A stretch of 64,000 nucleotides of DNA from an uncultured Alphaproteobacteria bacterium (GTDB taxonomy: Bacteria > Pseudomonadota > Alphaproteobacteria > Rhizobiales > Hyphomicrobiaceae), in contig CAWGEK010000014.1 in assembly GCA_963821565.1 (NCBI GenBank), forward strand, positions 14,765 to 78,764, in the 5' to 3' direction. Of the stretch, positions 1-9,688 are shown in pieces. The translations under genes were made by a program, and so were the position numbers. Within the stretch, counting starts at the first letter, position 1. Every line of letters starts with the position of its first letter. Under the pieces are notes generated by a model. It ran no database searches. It saw only the letters and a program-made list of their open reading frames with translations, and was not told where the DNA came from.

Positions 1-313
1 ATCCAACCACTTGTGGTCGTTTGCGGGCGAGGAGGATCGGGCGGACGTGGATTCGACGTTCCTACAGCCCTTCATTTCCTACACAACCAAGGATGCATGG
101 ACGATTACGCTCAACAGCGAGTCGACCTACGACTGGACCGCCGAGGCATGGTCAGTGCCGATCAACTTCCTGGCAACTAAGCTCATCACGGTCGGGCATC
201 AGCCCATCAGCCTCGGCGGTGGCGTCCGCTATTGGGCGGAAAGCCCCGATAGCGGTCCCGAGGGCTGGGGTGCGCGTGCAGTTCTGACATTCCTGTTCCC
301 GACCGGCGGCTGA
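1..313 (+). CDS. C-terminal part of an outer-membrane beta-barrel/transporter-like protein (5' end outside window)
   Basis: Alternating aromatic beta-strands FLQPFISYTT..STYDW..WSVPIN..GGVRYW..WGARAVLTFLFP, ending in a barrel-type C-terminal strand; stop at 313. Confidence 0.6.
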   Translation, partial: SNHLWSFAGEEDRADVDSTFLQPFISYTTKDAWTITLNSESTYDWTAEAWSVPINFLATKLITVGHQPISLGGGVRYWAESPDSGPEGWGARAVLTFLFPTGG

Positions 314-382
314 AGCCGGCGGGGAAGTTACGTTCGAGAGGTGGGCGTATTCGGAGGAAATTCGGGGGATTGGGGCATCATC

Positions 383-1402
383 ATGCGAAACAACGTTGCG
401 TTCCTTGCATCGATTGCGATCGCCGTCGCTGAGCTGGGGCCAAAATGACGCGCGCGCTGCCGAGAACGCCGCCGGCTTCTATCTCCTGGGCGGAAAGACC
501 GCGATGGCCGGCTACGTGCCGCCGCCCGGCACCTATGTCACCGAACTCAACTACTACTATGCGGGCGATGCCGAGCGGTAACGCGGCGAGGGCATTGCGT
601 TCAGGCAGACACGGGGTCACCCTCAACGTCGATGCCGACGTCAGAGTCGACGCCAATGCGTATATAACTGCGCCCATTGCACTTGGATCGCACCCGAGAA
701 GGTTCTGGGCGGCAATGTCGGCTGGGCGTCATGGTGCCGGTGGGTGGAAGAAGGTGGATGTCGGCATCGACACCCTGTGACGATCAATTTGACACTTCCG
801 AACGGATCTCGGTCCCGGCAGTCATTTCGACATCGGTGAAGACTCGATGAAGTTCGGCGATCCCGTTCTCAATCGCGCTGATCGGCTGGCACCAAGGGAA
901 CTGGCATTGGACAGTCGGAGCCCTGCTCAACGTCCCGATCGGTCCATGGGATACGGACAGCATCACGAACGTCTCGTTCCATCATTGGGGTCTGGATACG
1001 ACTGCCGGCGTGACGTGGCTCGATGCCGCGCGCGGGCACGAGGTGTCGGTTGCGGCGGGCTTCACGTTCAACTGGGAGAACCCGGCCACCGACTACACGA
1101 CGGGGACCGAGTTCCATGTCGAGTGGGCGCTGATGCAGCACTTCACGAAGACGTTCTCGCTCGGTATCGGCGGCTACCACTACCAGCAGATCACGGGCGA
1201 CAGCGGTGCGGGTGCGACGCTCGGTGACTTCGAAGGGCGCGTCACGGCGCTCGGGCCCGTCATGACCTACACCTTCATATGCGGGAAGACCCCTATCAGC
1301 ACGCAGCTCGAGTGGATGCATGAGTTCGACGTCGAGAACCGGGCCGAGGGCGACTGCGGGTTCCTCAACGTCACCATACCGCTCGGTGGAGCCGGGCATT
1401 GA
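383..1402 (+). CDS. SphA/phenol-MetA-degradation family outer-membrane channel (frameshifted)
   Basis: ATG at 383, signal-like N-terminus, AGYVPPPGTY motif, FGDP, C-terminal NWENPATDYTTGTEFHVEW..GYHYQQITGDSG..EFDVENR, reconstructed over several frames. Confidence 0.7.
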
Positions 1403-1419
1403 GCTTGGGCGCCCGTCCG

Positions 1420-1707
1420 TTATGGCTTGGGTTTGCTCGCTGAGTTGGCGGGCTTATTGGTAGAATCAGGCTGCGGCTCGGGGTCCATCTTGCCCTCGTT
1501 CGCAATGCACTGATTGTAGTATTCCCGCTGCGCTTTTGCATGTCCCGAGGAGCTGCCGGCAGGTTTAGTCGGATGGGCTTCGATGGCTTTCTCACGGCAG
1601 ATCTTGGCGAGGGCCGGGTCCAGTGCCGACGCGGTCCCTGGAAAGAGAAATTGCGCGCACAGAGCGAGCGCAAATAGTGCCGAAGGGAGCGTTAATGTCT
1701 TGTCCAT
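1420..1707 (-). CDS. small secreted hypothetical protein with a cysteine pair
   Basis: Signal peptide ending TASA; C-REKAIEAHP...REYYNQC; Pro/Lys-rich tail. Confidence 0.5.
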   Translation of the reverse strand: MDKTLTLPSALFALALCAQFLFPGTASALDPALAKICREKAIEAHPTKPAGSSSGHAKAQREYYNQCIANEGKMDPEPQPDSTNKPANSASKPKP

Positions 1708-1830
1708 GGGCAATCTCTCTGCGTCAGGCACTAGAATTAGCGTCGGGTAGTTTCAATCCGATGACTTCATCCCCTGCGAGCAGACGCGGAAATGGGTTAG
1801 TCGGTGCTCGTCGGTCTTGCTTGCCGGGCT

Positions 1831-2116
1831 TCAGCGCGCGTCGGTAACGAGCGGGCAGCCGAGCGTCTTCTCGAGTGCGGCGATCAGCTCGTCGGTCGTC
1901 TCCGTCGATATATAAAGTCCGCCGGTCTCGTCGGCGAGGCATCTCAGCTTCGAAAATGCCATCCGGTCCGAGCAATTCCTTTATGTGGTAGCTTACCACA
2001 TGCACCGTGATCGCGGCTGCCTCTTCCTTCAGAGACTTGGCAACGGTGCATGTTGCACCGCCGCATGTCTCCTCGCCATCGGCAGAAGTGATGCGCCGCG
2101 TCGCGGGACCACGCAT
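1831..2116 (-). pseudogene. truncated von Willebrand factor A domain protein (C-terminal half only)
   Basis: DGEETCGG..C..ITVHVVSY..CLADETGGLYISTETTDELIAALEKTLGCP; the N-terminal MIDAS DxSxS region is absent. Confidence 0.55.
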
Positions 2117-3084
2117 CAAGGCACGCCCGCGGCGAGCGCCATGGCGCGCGGTCCGGCTCCGCAGGCGATGCGCTTCACCTCACGCGCGCTCGCGATGTCG
2201 ATGACGGAGACGTAGCCCGAGAACCAGTTCGCGACGTAGGCCTTGCTCTCGTCCGGGCAGGATCGCGATGCCCTCCGGGTAGCGGCCGACCTTGACGGTG
2301 GCGACGACCCGCCCGCGCTTTCTGTCGACGACCGAGACGGTGCCGGACTGCTGGTTGGCGACGAAGTATCTTCGAGCCGTCGGCGGTGGGTGCCACGCCG
2401 TAGGGCATCGCGCCGACCTTGATGGTGGCGGTGGTCTCGCGGCGCTTGACGTCGATCACGGACAGGGTTCCGCCCTGCACGTTGGCGACGTAGACGCGCG
2501 AGCCGTCCGGGCGAGACGGCGAGCGCGAATGGCGCGCGCCCGACGGGGACTGTTGCCGCCAGCGTCCAGTCGTTGGTCGTTACGATGCTGACCGTGTCGC
2601 TTTCGCGGTTGGCGGCGAAGGCGAGCTTGCCGTCGGGGCTCAAGGCGACGCCGGCAGGCGAGCGGCCGATCACGATCTCGCCGGCGCGGTCGTGGAGTGT
2701 GCCGTCGACGTAGGAGAGCACGTCGCGATTCCAGTCGCTGATGTAGAGGCGGCCGCGGGTGTCGGTGGCGATGCCGAAGGGCGTGCCGGGGTGCGGGAGG
2801 ACTTCGAGGACGGTGAGCTGCGCGAGGTCGACGACCGAGATCTTCTGGGCCTCGGGATGGGTGACGAAAGCGCGCCGGCCGTCGCTCGAAAGGGCGAGGC
2901 TCGCGGGTCCCGCCTCGAGTGTTAGTCGTCTTGACGACGGTGTCGGTCGCGGTATCGATGACGGCAAGCTCATTTGCGTCCTGGCTCAAGACGAAGAGGC
3001 GCGGCGCGTCGCCTGCGATCGCTCGCCCGCTCGCCACGTGTGCGAGGACGAGAAGACCGCAGCGTAGGCTACCAAGCGTCTCAT
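2116..3084 (-). CDS. YVTN/YncE-family beta-propeller repeat protein (frameshifted)
   Basis: Repeats of P-x-G/A-(L/V)A-LSPDG-x-x-AFVT/AN...S-V-I-D; signal-like N-terminus from ATG 3084. Confidence 0.8.
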
Positions 3085-3354
3085 ACGCGGTTCCTGATCA
3101 TCTCGCCTCGAGGCCTTCGCAGTGGCACGCCGTCATCGCCTTTGTGGGCGCCTCAGGGTCCGGGTTCCAGGGGGATAATTCCTTTGCGGCACGGGTAGAA
3201 GTTGCCGTTCTTCGCAGCGCCGTTGCCGACCGGGTTTGCGGGAAACGTCTTAGCACACTCTCGGCGCAGGACCTCGCGGGCCTTGCGGGGCGAGAGCGGC
3301 AGGATTGTCTGCCTAATTAGAATTCGCCAGGGCCGATCCTGCAATAGGCGCGTT

Positions 3355-4963
3355 CTAGCCGGGGCGGCGAGGAGGCCGCGGACCGTCTCAATGGTGTCGG
3401 CCTCGCCGCCGGCTTGTCCCAGCGGATGCGGTGGATGCGCGGAAAGCGCATGGCGACGCCGGACTTGTGCCGGGTCGACGGAAACACGGCGTCGAACGCC
3501 ACCTCGAGCACGAGCTTGGGCTCGACCGCGCGCACGGGGCCGAACTGCTCGGTCGTGTGCGTGCGCACGAAGCGGTCGAGGTGGCGCAGCTCCTCGTCGG
3601 TGAAGCCCGAGTAGGCCTTGCCCGACCGGCACCAGCTCGCGCCCGTCGTCCGCGGCGCTTGCTCGCCGTGCCTCGCGCCAGACGCCGAAGGTGTAGTCGG
3701 AGTAGTAGGACGATCGCTTGCCGGAGCCGCGCTGGGCGTACATCAGCACGCAGTCGAGCGTCAGCGCGGCGCGCTTCCACTTCCACCAGTGGCCCTTGGG
3801 GCGGCCGGCGAGATAGGGGCTCGACTTGCGCTTCAGCATGAGGCCCTCGATGCCGGCCTCGCGCGTTGCCGCTCCAGATGGCGTTGAGCTCGTCGAAGTG
3901 GCGGAAGGCGACGAGGCCGCTCACGTCGGACAGCGGCGGGCGCTCGCGTGCGTACCAGGCTCTCGAGCCGGCGCGCGGCGCTCGAGGAACGACAGCGGGC
4001 GCAGATCCTCGCCGTCGAACAGCAGGTCGTAGAGCCGCACGAAGGCCGGATAGTCCTTCATCATGCGTGGCGTGACGATCTTGCGGTTCAGGCGCTGCTG
4101 AAGATCGTTGAACGGCGCGACGACGCCGTCGCGCACGACGAGCAGCTCGCCGTCGAGCACCGCGTCGACGCGCCGGAAGGCCGAGACGATCTCGGGAAAC
4201 GCGGCCGAGATGTCGTCGCCGGCGCGCGAGAAGATGCGCGCGTCGTCCCCGCTCGCGGCGATCTGCACGCGCACGCCGTCCCATTTCCATTCGGCCGCGA
4301 TGTCGTCGGGCACGAGGCCGGCCCAGTCGCGCGTCCTCGATCGGATGGGCGAGCATGAGCGGGCGGAAGACGGGCTTGCCTTCGGCGCTCGGCCGCGCGC
4401 CGCGGCCCTCGAGCCAGAGAAAGAGCTCCGTGTAGGGCGGGGCCAGCGCGTGCCAGATCTCCTCGATCTCGGAGACGTCGTGGCCGCTCATCTCGGCGAG
4501 CGCCGTCTTGGCGAGCCGCGCGGAGACGCCGACGCGCGGCGCGCCGCCGAGCAAGTTTCAGCAGCGCCCAGCGGCCGCGCACATCGAGGCGGTCGAGAAA
4601 TCCGCCGATGACGGGCGCCATCGCGTTGCGCTCGCTCTGCTCGAAGGCGGCGACGACCTCGGCGAGCCGCGGGGCGGGCGCGCATCCCGGCCTGTCCGGC
4701 CACAGGAGCGAGACGGTCTCGGCCGTGTCGCCCACGTAGTCGCGCGACATCTGGTAGAGGACGGGGTCGATCTTGGCCGCCATCAGCTCGGCGAGCGCGC
4801 GCCGCAGCGGCAGGCGGGCGAAGAGGCCGTCGGTCAGCGCGCCGAGCGCGTAGCCGCGATCGGGATCGGGCGCGGCGCGGAAATATTCGACGAGCAGCGC
4901 CAGCTTGCCGTTGCGGGCCGGCGTCGTCGTCAGACTGTCGAGGAGGATGGCGAAGCGCTGCAC
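3355..4963 (-). CDS. ATP-dependent DNA ligase, ligase-associated DNA damage response type (frameshifted)
   Basis: Motif I EWKWDGVRVQ, LDGELL, EGLMLKRKSSPY, WWKWKR, RHKSGVAMRFPRI; 3' end approximate. Confidence 0.9.
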
Positions 4964-4972
4964 GGGGAGGCC

Positions 4973-5984
4973 TCACTCCGCCTCGTCTTCGAAGCCGACG
5001 AGGGCGAGCGCACGCGCTTTGCGTCCCATGAGGCCGAGCTGATAGACGAGCGCGTCCTCGCGGCCGTGCGTGACCCACACCTCCTCGGCGCCGGTCGCGA
5101 CGATGGTGTCGAGCAGCTCCGGCCAGTCGGCATGATCGGAGATGACGAGGGGCAGCTCGACGCCGGCCTGGCGGACGCGGCCCTTGATGCGCATCCAGCC
5201 GGAGGCAAACGACGGTCACGGGATCGGGGAAGCGGCGCGACCAGCGGTCGTCGACGGCAGACGGCGGGCAGAGGACGAGCGCGCCGGCGAAGCGACGCTG
5301 CTGTCGTCCGCGCCGACATGGCGGATATCGCCGAGATCGACGCCGAGGCGCTGGTAGAGGTTCGTCAGCTCGACGAGCGCGCCGTGCAGATAGATCGGCG
5401 CGTCGTAGCCGGCCTCCCGGCAGAGCTTGATCACGCGCTGGCATTTGCCGAGGCCGTAGACGCCGACGAGGTGCGCGCGCTCGGGGTTGCGCTTGATCGA
5501 GGCGAGGAGGCGCGCGACCTCGCCATCGGCCGGCTCGTGACGGAAGACGGGGAGCGCGAAGGTCGCCTCGGTGACGAACACGTCGCAGGGCACGAGCTCG
5601 AAGGGCGGCAGGTCGGATCGGCGCTGCGCTTGTAGTCGCCGGAGACGACGGCGCGCTGCCCCTGCCATTCGAGCACGACCTGCGCCGAGCCGAGGATGTG
5701 GCCCGCCGGCACGAGGCGAACGCCGACGCCGCCGATCTCGCGCTCGACGCCCCGGCTTGAGCTTCGAAGGTGCGCGCGCCCGCGCCCATGCGGACCTTCA
5801 TGATCTCGACGGTCTCCGGCGTCGCGAGGACGGCGCCGTGTCCGGGGCGCGCATGGTCGCTGTGGCCGTGCGTGATGACCGCGCGGTCGACGGCGCGCGC
5901 GGGATCGATGTAGAAGTCTCCGGGCTCGCAGTAGAGGCCGCTGGCGGTCGGATAGAGCCAGCGTTCGATGCCGGTGGCCGCCAT
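4973..5984 (-). CDS. ligase-associated DNA damage response exonuclease (metallo-beta-lactamase fold)
   Basis: ITHGHSDHA, PAGHILGSAQ, SGDYKR, TEATFALP, YGLGKCQR, ISDHADW, WVTHG motifs. Confidence 0.9.
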
Positions 5985-6133
5985 CAAATTTCTCCGGGAT
6001 GCATCGCCGGAAAATGGGCATTCGAAGGCGGGCTTCGCCAGTAGAGCCGGGATGGGTAAAAAGCGGCAAGCGCCCGCTGCGAAATCGCAGCGAGCGCCTT
6101 GCTGCAGATCAGAGGCGGACTTCTGAGGTTGCG

Positions 6134-6485
6134 CTACCAGCGGCGGCGGAGGGCCTGGTAGTGCGGCTGGATCGCGTCGCTCAAGCGATCGAGGACATCG
6201 GCGGCCTGCGACGTGGCGCGACGGCGTGAGCTTCCACAGGGCGCCGAGCGCCAGTCCGAAGACGGCCACGCCGGCCAGCGCAACGAAGGGCTGCTCCTGC
6301 ACGAACTGCTTTGTTGCGGCGAACGCGCTCTCGGCGCGCTTCTCGACCGCTTGCGCGGCCTTGGACGCGTTGTCGAGCGCGCTTTCGGCTGTCTCCTCGA
6401 TCTGCGAGCGGAAGTCGCGCGCCTTGTCCTCGGCGTTGGCGCGTGCGCGGCTGAACTCGTCGGTACGGAATGCTGGTTGCCCCAT
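6134..6485 (-). CDS. ElaB/YqjD/DUF883-like small tail-anchored protein
   Basis: Ala/Glu coiled N-terminus followed by FVQEQPFVALAGVAVFGLALGALWK; one frameshift near the 3' end. Confidence 0.65.
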
Positions 6486-6526
6486 ATGACTGTGCCATTG
6501 AGATCTCCTTTTCGGCTCGGTCTCTC

Positions 6527-6551
6527 AATGCCTTCGGGGGCGATTGGTTCC
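6527..6551 (-). promoter_or_regulatory. putative EcfG (general stress sigma) promoter for the DUF883 gene
   Basis: Minus strand GGAAC-N16-CATT, one mismatch to GGAAC-N16/17-CGTT. Confidence 0.5.
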
Positions 6552-6608
6552 GGCTGTGCTTTCAGCACTCAATCGCGGAGCTCTTCTTCTCTTTGGAATT
6601 GATCGAGC

Positions 6609-6634
6609 GGAACTTAATTGTCGCGGCGTGCGTT
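6609..6634 (+). promoter_or_regulatory. putative EcfG promoter for the GlsB-family gene
   Basis: GGAAC-TTAATTGTCGCGGCGTG(17)-CGTT, 26 nt upstream of ATG 6661. Confidence 0.7.
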
Positions 6635-6660
6635 AAGCGCTGCAGGCCAAGGAGAGTTCA

Positions 6661-6939
6661 ATGCCGATCATCACCACCGCGATCTCGACGTTTCTGATCC
6701 TCGTCGTCATCGGCATCGTCGTCGGACTGCTCTTCAATCGGCGCGGGCGCGGCTGGCTCGGCCGTCAGGTCGCGGATGCGACCGGCGTCGGCGACGTGAC
6801 GTACAGCCTGGTCGGCATCGCCGGCTCGTTCATGGGATTCCATATCGGCGTCATACTGGGGCTGTTGCCGAGCATTCTCCTCTATCTCGCTGCCGTGCTC
6901 GGCGCGGCCGTCACCATCTATCTGTGGCGAGGCCGCTAG
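6661..6939 (+). CDS. GlsB/YeaQ/YmgE family stress-response membrane protein
   Basis: 92 aa, three hydrophobic Gly-rich segments, LVGIAGSFMG and AVLGA motifs, GGAGA RBS. Confidence 0.7.
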   Translation: MPIITTAISTFLILVVIGIVVGLLFNRRGRGWLGRQVADATGVGDVTYSLVGIAGSFMGFHIGVILGLLPSILLYLAAVLGAAVTIYLWRGR

Positions 6940-6956
6940 GCCAGGCCGCAGCAGCA

Positions 6957-8408
6957 TCAATAATTGTAGCCGCGCTCGCCGTGCTCGGTGATGTCGAGGC
7001 CTCTGCGCTCGCCATCGGTGGTCGGCCGCAAGCCGACCACGATGTCGACGATCCAGTAGAGGAACGCGGAGATAATCCCGGACCACGCGAGCGTGAGGCC
7101 GACGGCTTTTGCTTGGGCGATCATCTGCGCTGCCATGTCGTAGACGGCGACCGCCTCGCCGGGTCTCGACACATAGTCCGCGACGCCGGTGCCGCCGAGC
7201 TGCGGATTGACGAGGACGCCGGTGCCGAGCGCGCCGATTATGCCGCCGATGCAGTGCACGCCGAACACGTCGAGGCTGTCGTCATAGCCGAGGGCGCTCT
7301 TCACGAGGGTGCAGAACGTAAAGCAGATGACGCCAGCGACGACGCCGAGGACAAGCGCTCCCATAGGGCCGGCAAAGCCGGACGCGGGCGTGACCGCGAC
7401 GAGGCCCGCGACGGCGCCGGTGGTCACGCCGAGGAGCGTCGGCTTGCCCTTGGTTGCCCATTCGGTGAACATCCAGCCGAGCGCCGCCGTCGCCGTGGCG
7501 CCGAACGTGTTGCCCATGGCGAGCGCCGCGGTGCCGTTCGCCTCGAGGTTCGAGCCGCAATTAAATCCGAACCAGCCGACCCAAAGAAGCGAGGCGCCGA
7601 CCATAGCCAGCGTCAGGGAGTGCGGCGGCATGGGCTCGCGACCGTAGCCGGTGCGGCGGCCGAGGATGAGCGCGCCGACGAGCCCGGCGATGCCGGCGTT
7701 GGTGTGCACGACGGTGCCGCCCGCGAAATCAATCGCGCCCCACTGAAAGGCGAGCCCTGAGTCTTTGAGGACGGCGTCGAGCTGCGCCTGGGCAACCGTC
7801 TTGGCTTCGCCGGTCGCCTCCGCCACGCCTCTGGCCGCGGCGGCGATCGCGTCGGGTCCCGCCCAGTACCAGACCATGTGCGCGATCGGAAAATACACGA
7901 ACGTCACCCAGAGGATCATGAAGAGGATGAGGGCCGAGAACCTCATGCGCTCGGCGAATGCGCCGACGATCAGCGCCGGCGTGATGGCGGCGAAGGTCAT
8001 CTGGAACCAGATGTAGGCGTACTCCGGGACGTGGACGCCATTGGAGAATGTCGCGGCCTCGGAATTCGGCGTGATGCCGGCGAGAAACGCCTTGGAGAAG
8101 CCGCCGATCCAGTCGTTGTAAGCGCCGCCGTTGGTGAAGGAGAGGCTGTAGCCGTAGAGCATCCAGATCACGCAGACGATGCAGACGATGACAAAGACCT
8201 GCATCAGCATGGCGATGGAGTTCTTGGTGCGCACGAGCCCGCAATAGAAGAGGGCGAGCCCGGGTATCGTCATGAGGAGGACGAGGACGGTCGAGAGCAT
8301 CAGGAACGCGGTGTCGCCCTTGTCGGCGGCGGCCATGGCCGGGGAGGCCGTGACGAGGGCTGCCGCGCCCGCCATGAGCGCCTGCGCCGTGCGTTGTCTG
8401 AGCGTCAT
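6957..8408 (-). CDS. amtB: ammonium transporter
   Basis: GDTAF..LMTIPGLALFY, FQMTFAAIT, AERMRF, DFAGGTVVH, WVGWFGFN, DDSLDVFGVH, GLDITEHGE; intact ORF. Confidence 0.97.
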   Translation of the reverse strand: MTLRQRTAQALMAGAAALVTASPAMAAADKGDTAFLMLSTVLVLLMTIPGLALFYCGLVRTKNSIAMLMQVFVIVCIVCVIWMLYGYSLSFTNGGAYNDWIGGFSKAFLAGITPNSEAATFSNGVHVPEYAYIWFQMTFAAITPALIVGAFAERMRFSALILFMILWVTFVYFPIAHMVWYWAGPDAIAAAARGVAEATGEAKTVAQAQLDAVLKDSGLAFQWGAIDFAGGTVVHTNAGIAGLVGALILGRRTGYGREPMPPHSLTLAMVGASLLWVGWFGFNCGSNLEANGTAALAMGNTFGATATAALGWMFTEWATKGKPTLLGVTTGAVAGLVAVTPASGFAGPMGALVLGVVAGVICFTFCTLVKSALGYDDSLDVFGVHCIGGIIGALGTGVLVNPQLGGTGVADYVSRPGEAVAVYDMAAQMIAQAKAVGLTLAWSGIISAFLYWIVDIVVGLRPTTDGERRGLDITEHGERGYNY

Positions 8409-8473
8409 CTCTCCCCCTCCCACGAATTCCCCCGCGCCTCGCCGGCGCGAACTCAAGGTGCATGCAATTTGCA

Positions 8474-8489
8474 TGCACCTGATATGCCG
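8474..8489 (-). promoter_or_regulatory. putative sigma54 promoter of amtB
   Basis: Minus strand CGGCATATCAGGTGCA = GG-N10-GC. Confidence 0.55.
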
Positions 8490-8750
8490 TTTCCCAAGTG
8501 AGCGTGCGATGCGCTTTCTGGAGCGGCTTCGCCAGCGTGTGACACAGCGCCCAGCGCCACTTTTTGCCAATGAATTCAGGCACGCTGCCTCATTGCAGAT
8601 CAAACGTCGATCTTGTGACGGTCACAATGTGAGACTACTACTATTTTGCAGTTGCGAAGAGATTTCGCGGTCGCACCTCGCGGCCGGGCTGAACGAGGAT
8701 TTCGCGCAACGCGTGTAATGCGTGGTGACACTAGTAACGGGACGAACGGT

Positions 8751-9590
8751 ATGGGCCGCCGTGACGAACCGAAGTTGGACGACCTCAAGAAGCTTCTGAG
8801 GCGCCTCGAAAATATCGAGGTCGAACTCGGCGCTAGGCGGTGGCGTTCACTCTCAACATGATCGCGCGTCGCAGTCGGGGGGCTATGTCGGAGCGCTGCG
8901 CGGCGCACCGGTCGCGGTGCCGACTGAGGCGAGCGTCTCGCGGTGAGCTCGGCGCATTCTCCTACCCATCAGAGGCCCCCGGGCGGTCCGGCAGCAAGCC
9001 GCGCTCATCCGGCACAGCTTCGATCGTGATCGGCGCGGCGACGGCGGCCATCGTGTCCTCGCTCGCCGCCGTTGCCTTGCTGCTCTGGACTGGAGGGCAG
9101 GGCGCTAAGATGGGGCCCGACACGCGGTTGCCGGAGCCGGCAAAGCTTCCGGCGCTGGGCGCGCCCATGGGAACGTCGCAGGCGGGTGCGGCTTCGCCGA
9201 TTTATACGCCGGCGGCAGCGCCTGAACCCGTTGCAGGCGGAGGATGGTCCCGCCGGACGCCCTGCGACGCCTCCTCCCGCGCCGACTGTGCCGCAGACCT
9301 CAGATGTGGCGGAAGCCCTCGACGCTGGCGCGCTGCAAAAGCGTGCCGAGCTCATGATCCAAGGCGGAAATCTTACGGACGCGCGCCACCACTTGGAGCG
9401 GGCGGCGGCACTGGGATCAGCGACCGCGGCCCTTATGCTCGGCGCGACCTACGATCCGGTGCGCGTCGCTGAGTTCGGCGGGCTCGGCGCGAGGGCCGAT
9501 CCCGTTCTGGCGCGGACGTGGTATGAGCGTGCTCGGGCGCTCGGCGCGATCGAGGCGACAGCCCGTATTGCCGAGCTCGCCGAGAAGTAG
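8751..9590 (+). CDS. bitopic membrane protein with C-terminal Sel1/TPR-like domain (frameshifted)
   Basis: TM segment IVIGAATAAIVSSLAAVALLLW, Pro/Ala linker, then ARHHLERAAALGSATAALMLGATYDP..ADPVLARTWYERARALG. Confidence 0.6.
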
Positions 9591-9688
9591 CCGCCTTATA
9601 CTGCAATCCAGCATTTCGTTTTGACGCCCGTTCTGCCACGTTCGCGCGGTATAGATCACGAATTCCGCCGACAGTTCGGAGTTTGCGT

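Noticed and set aside
3150-3260. GGGTTCC...GGGATAA...CACGG resembling a guanidine-I riboswitch
   Set aside because: Conserved elements are incomplete and out of order, and no plus-strand gene lies downstream
4488-6485. Long 665-aa ORF suggesting a DUF883-exonuclease fusion
   Set aside because: Artefact of frameshifts and stop-poor GC-rich frames; each gene has its own start and stop
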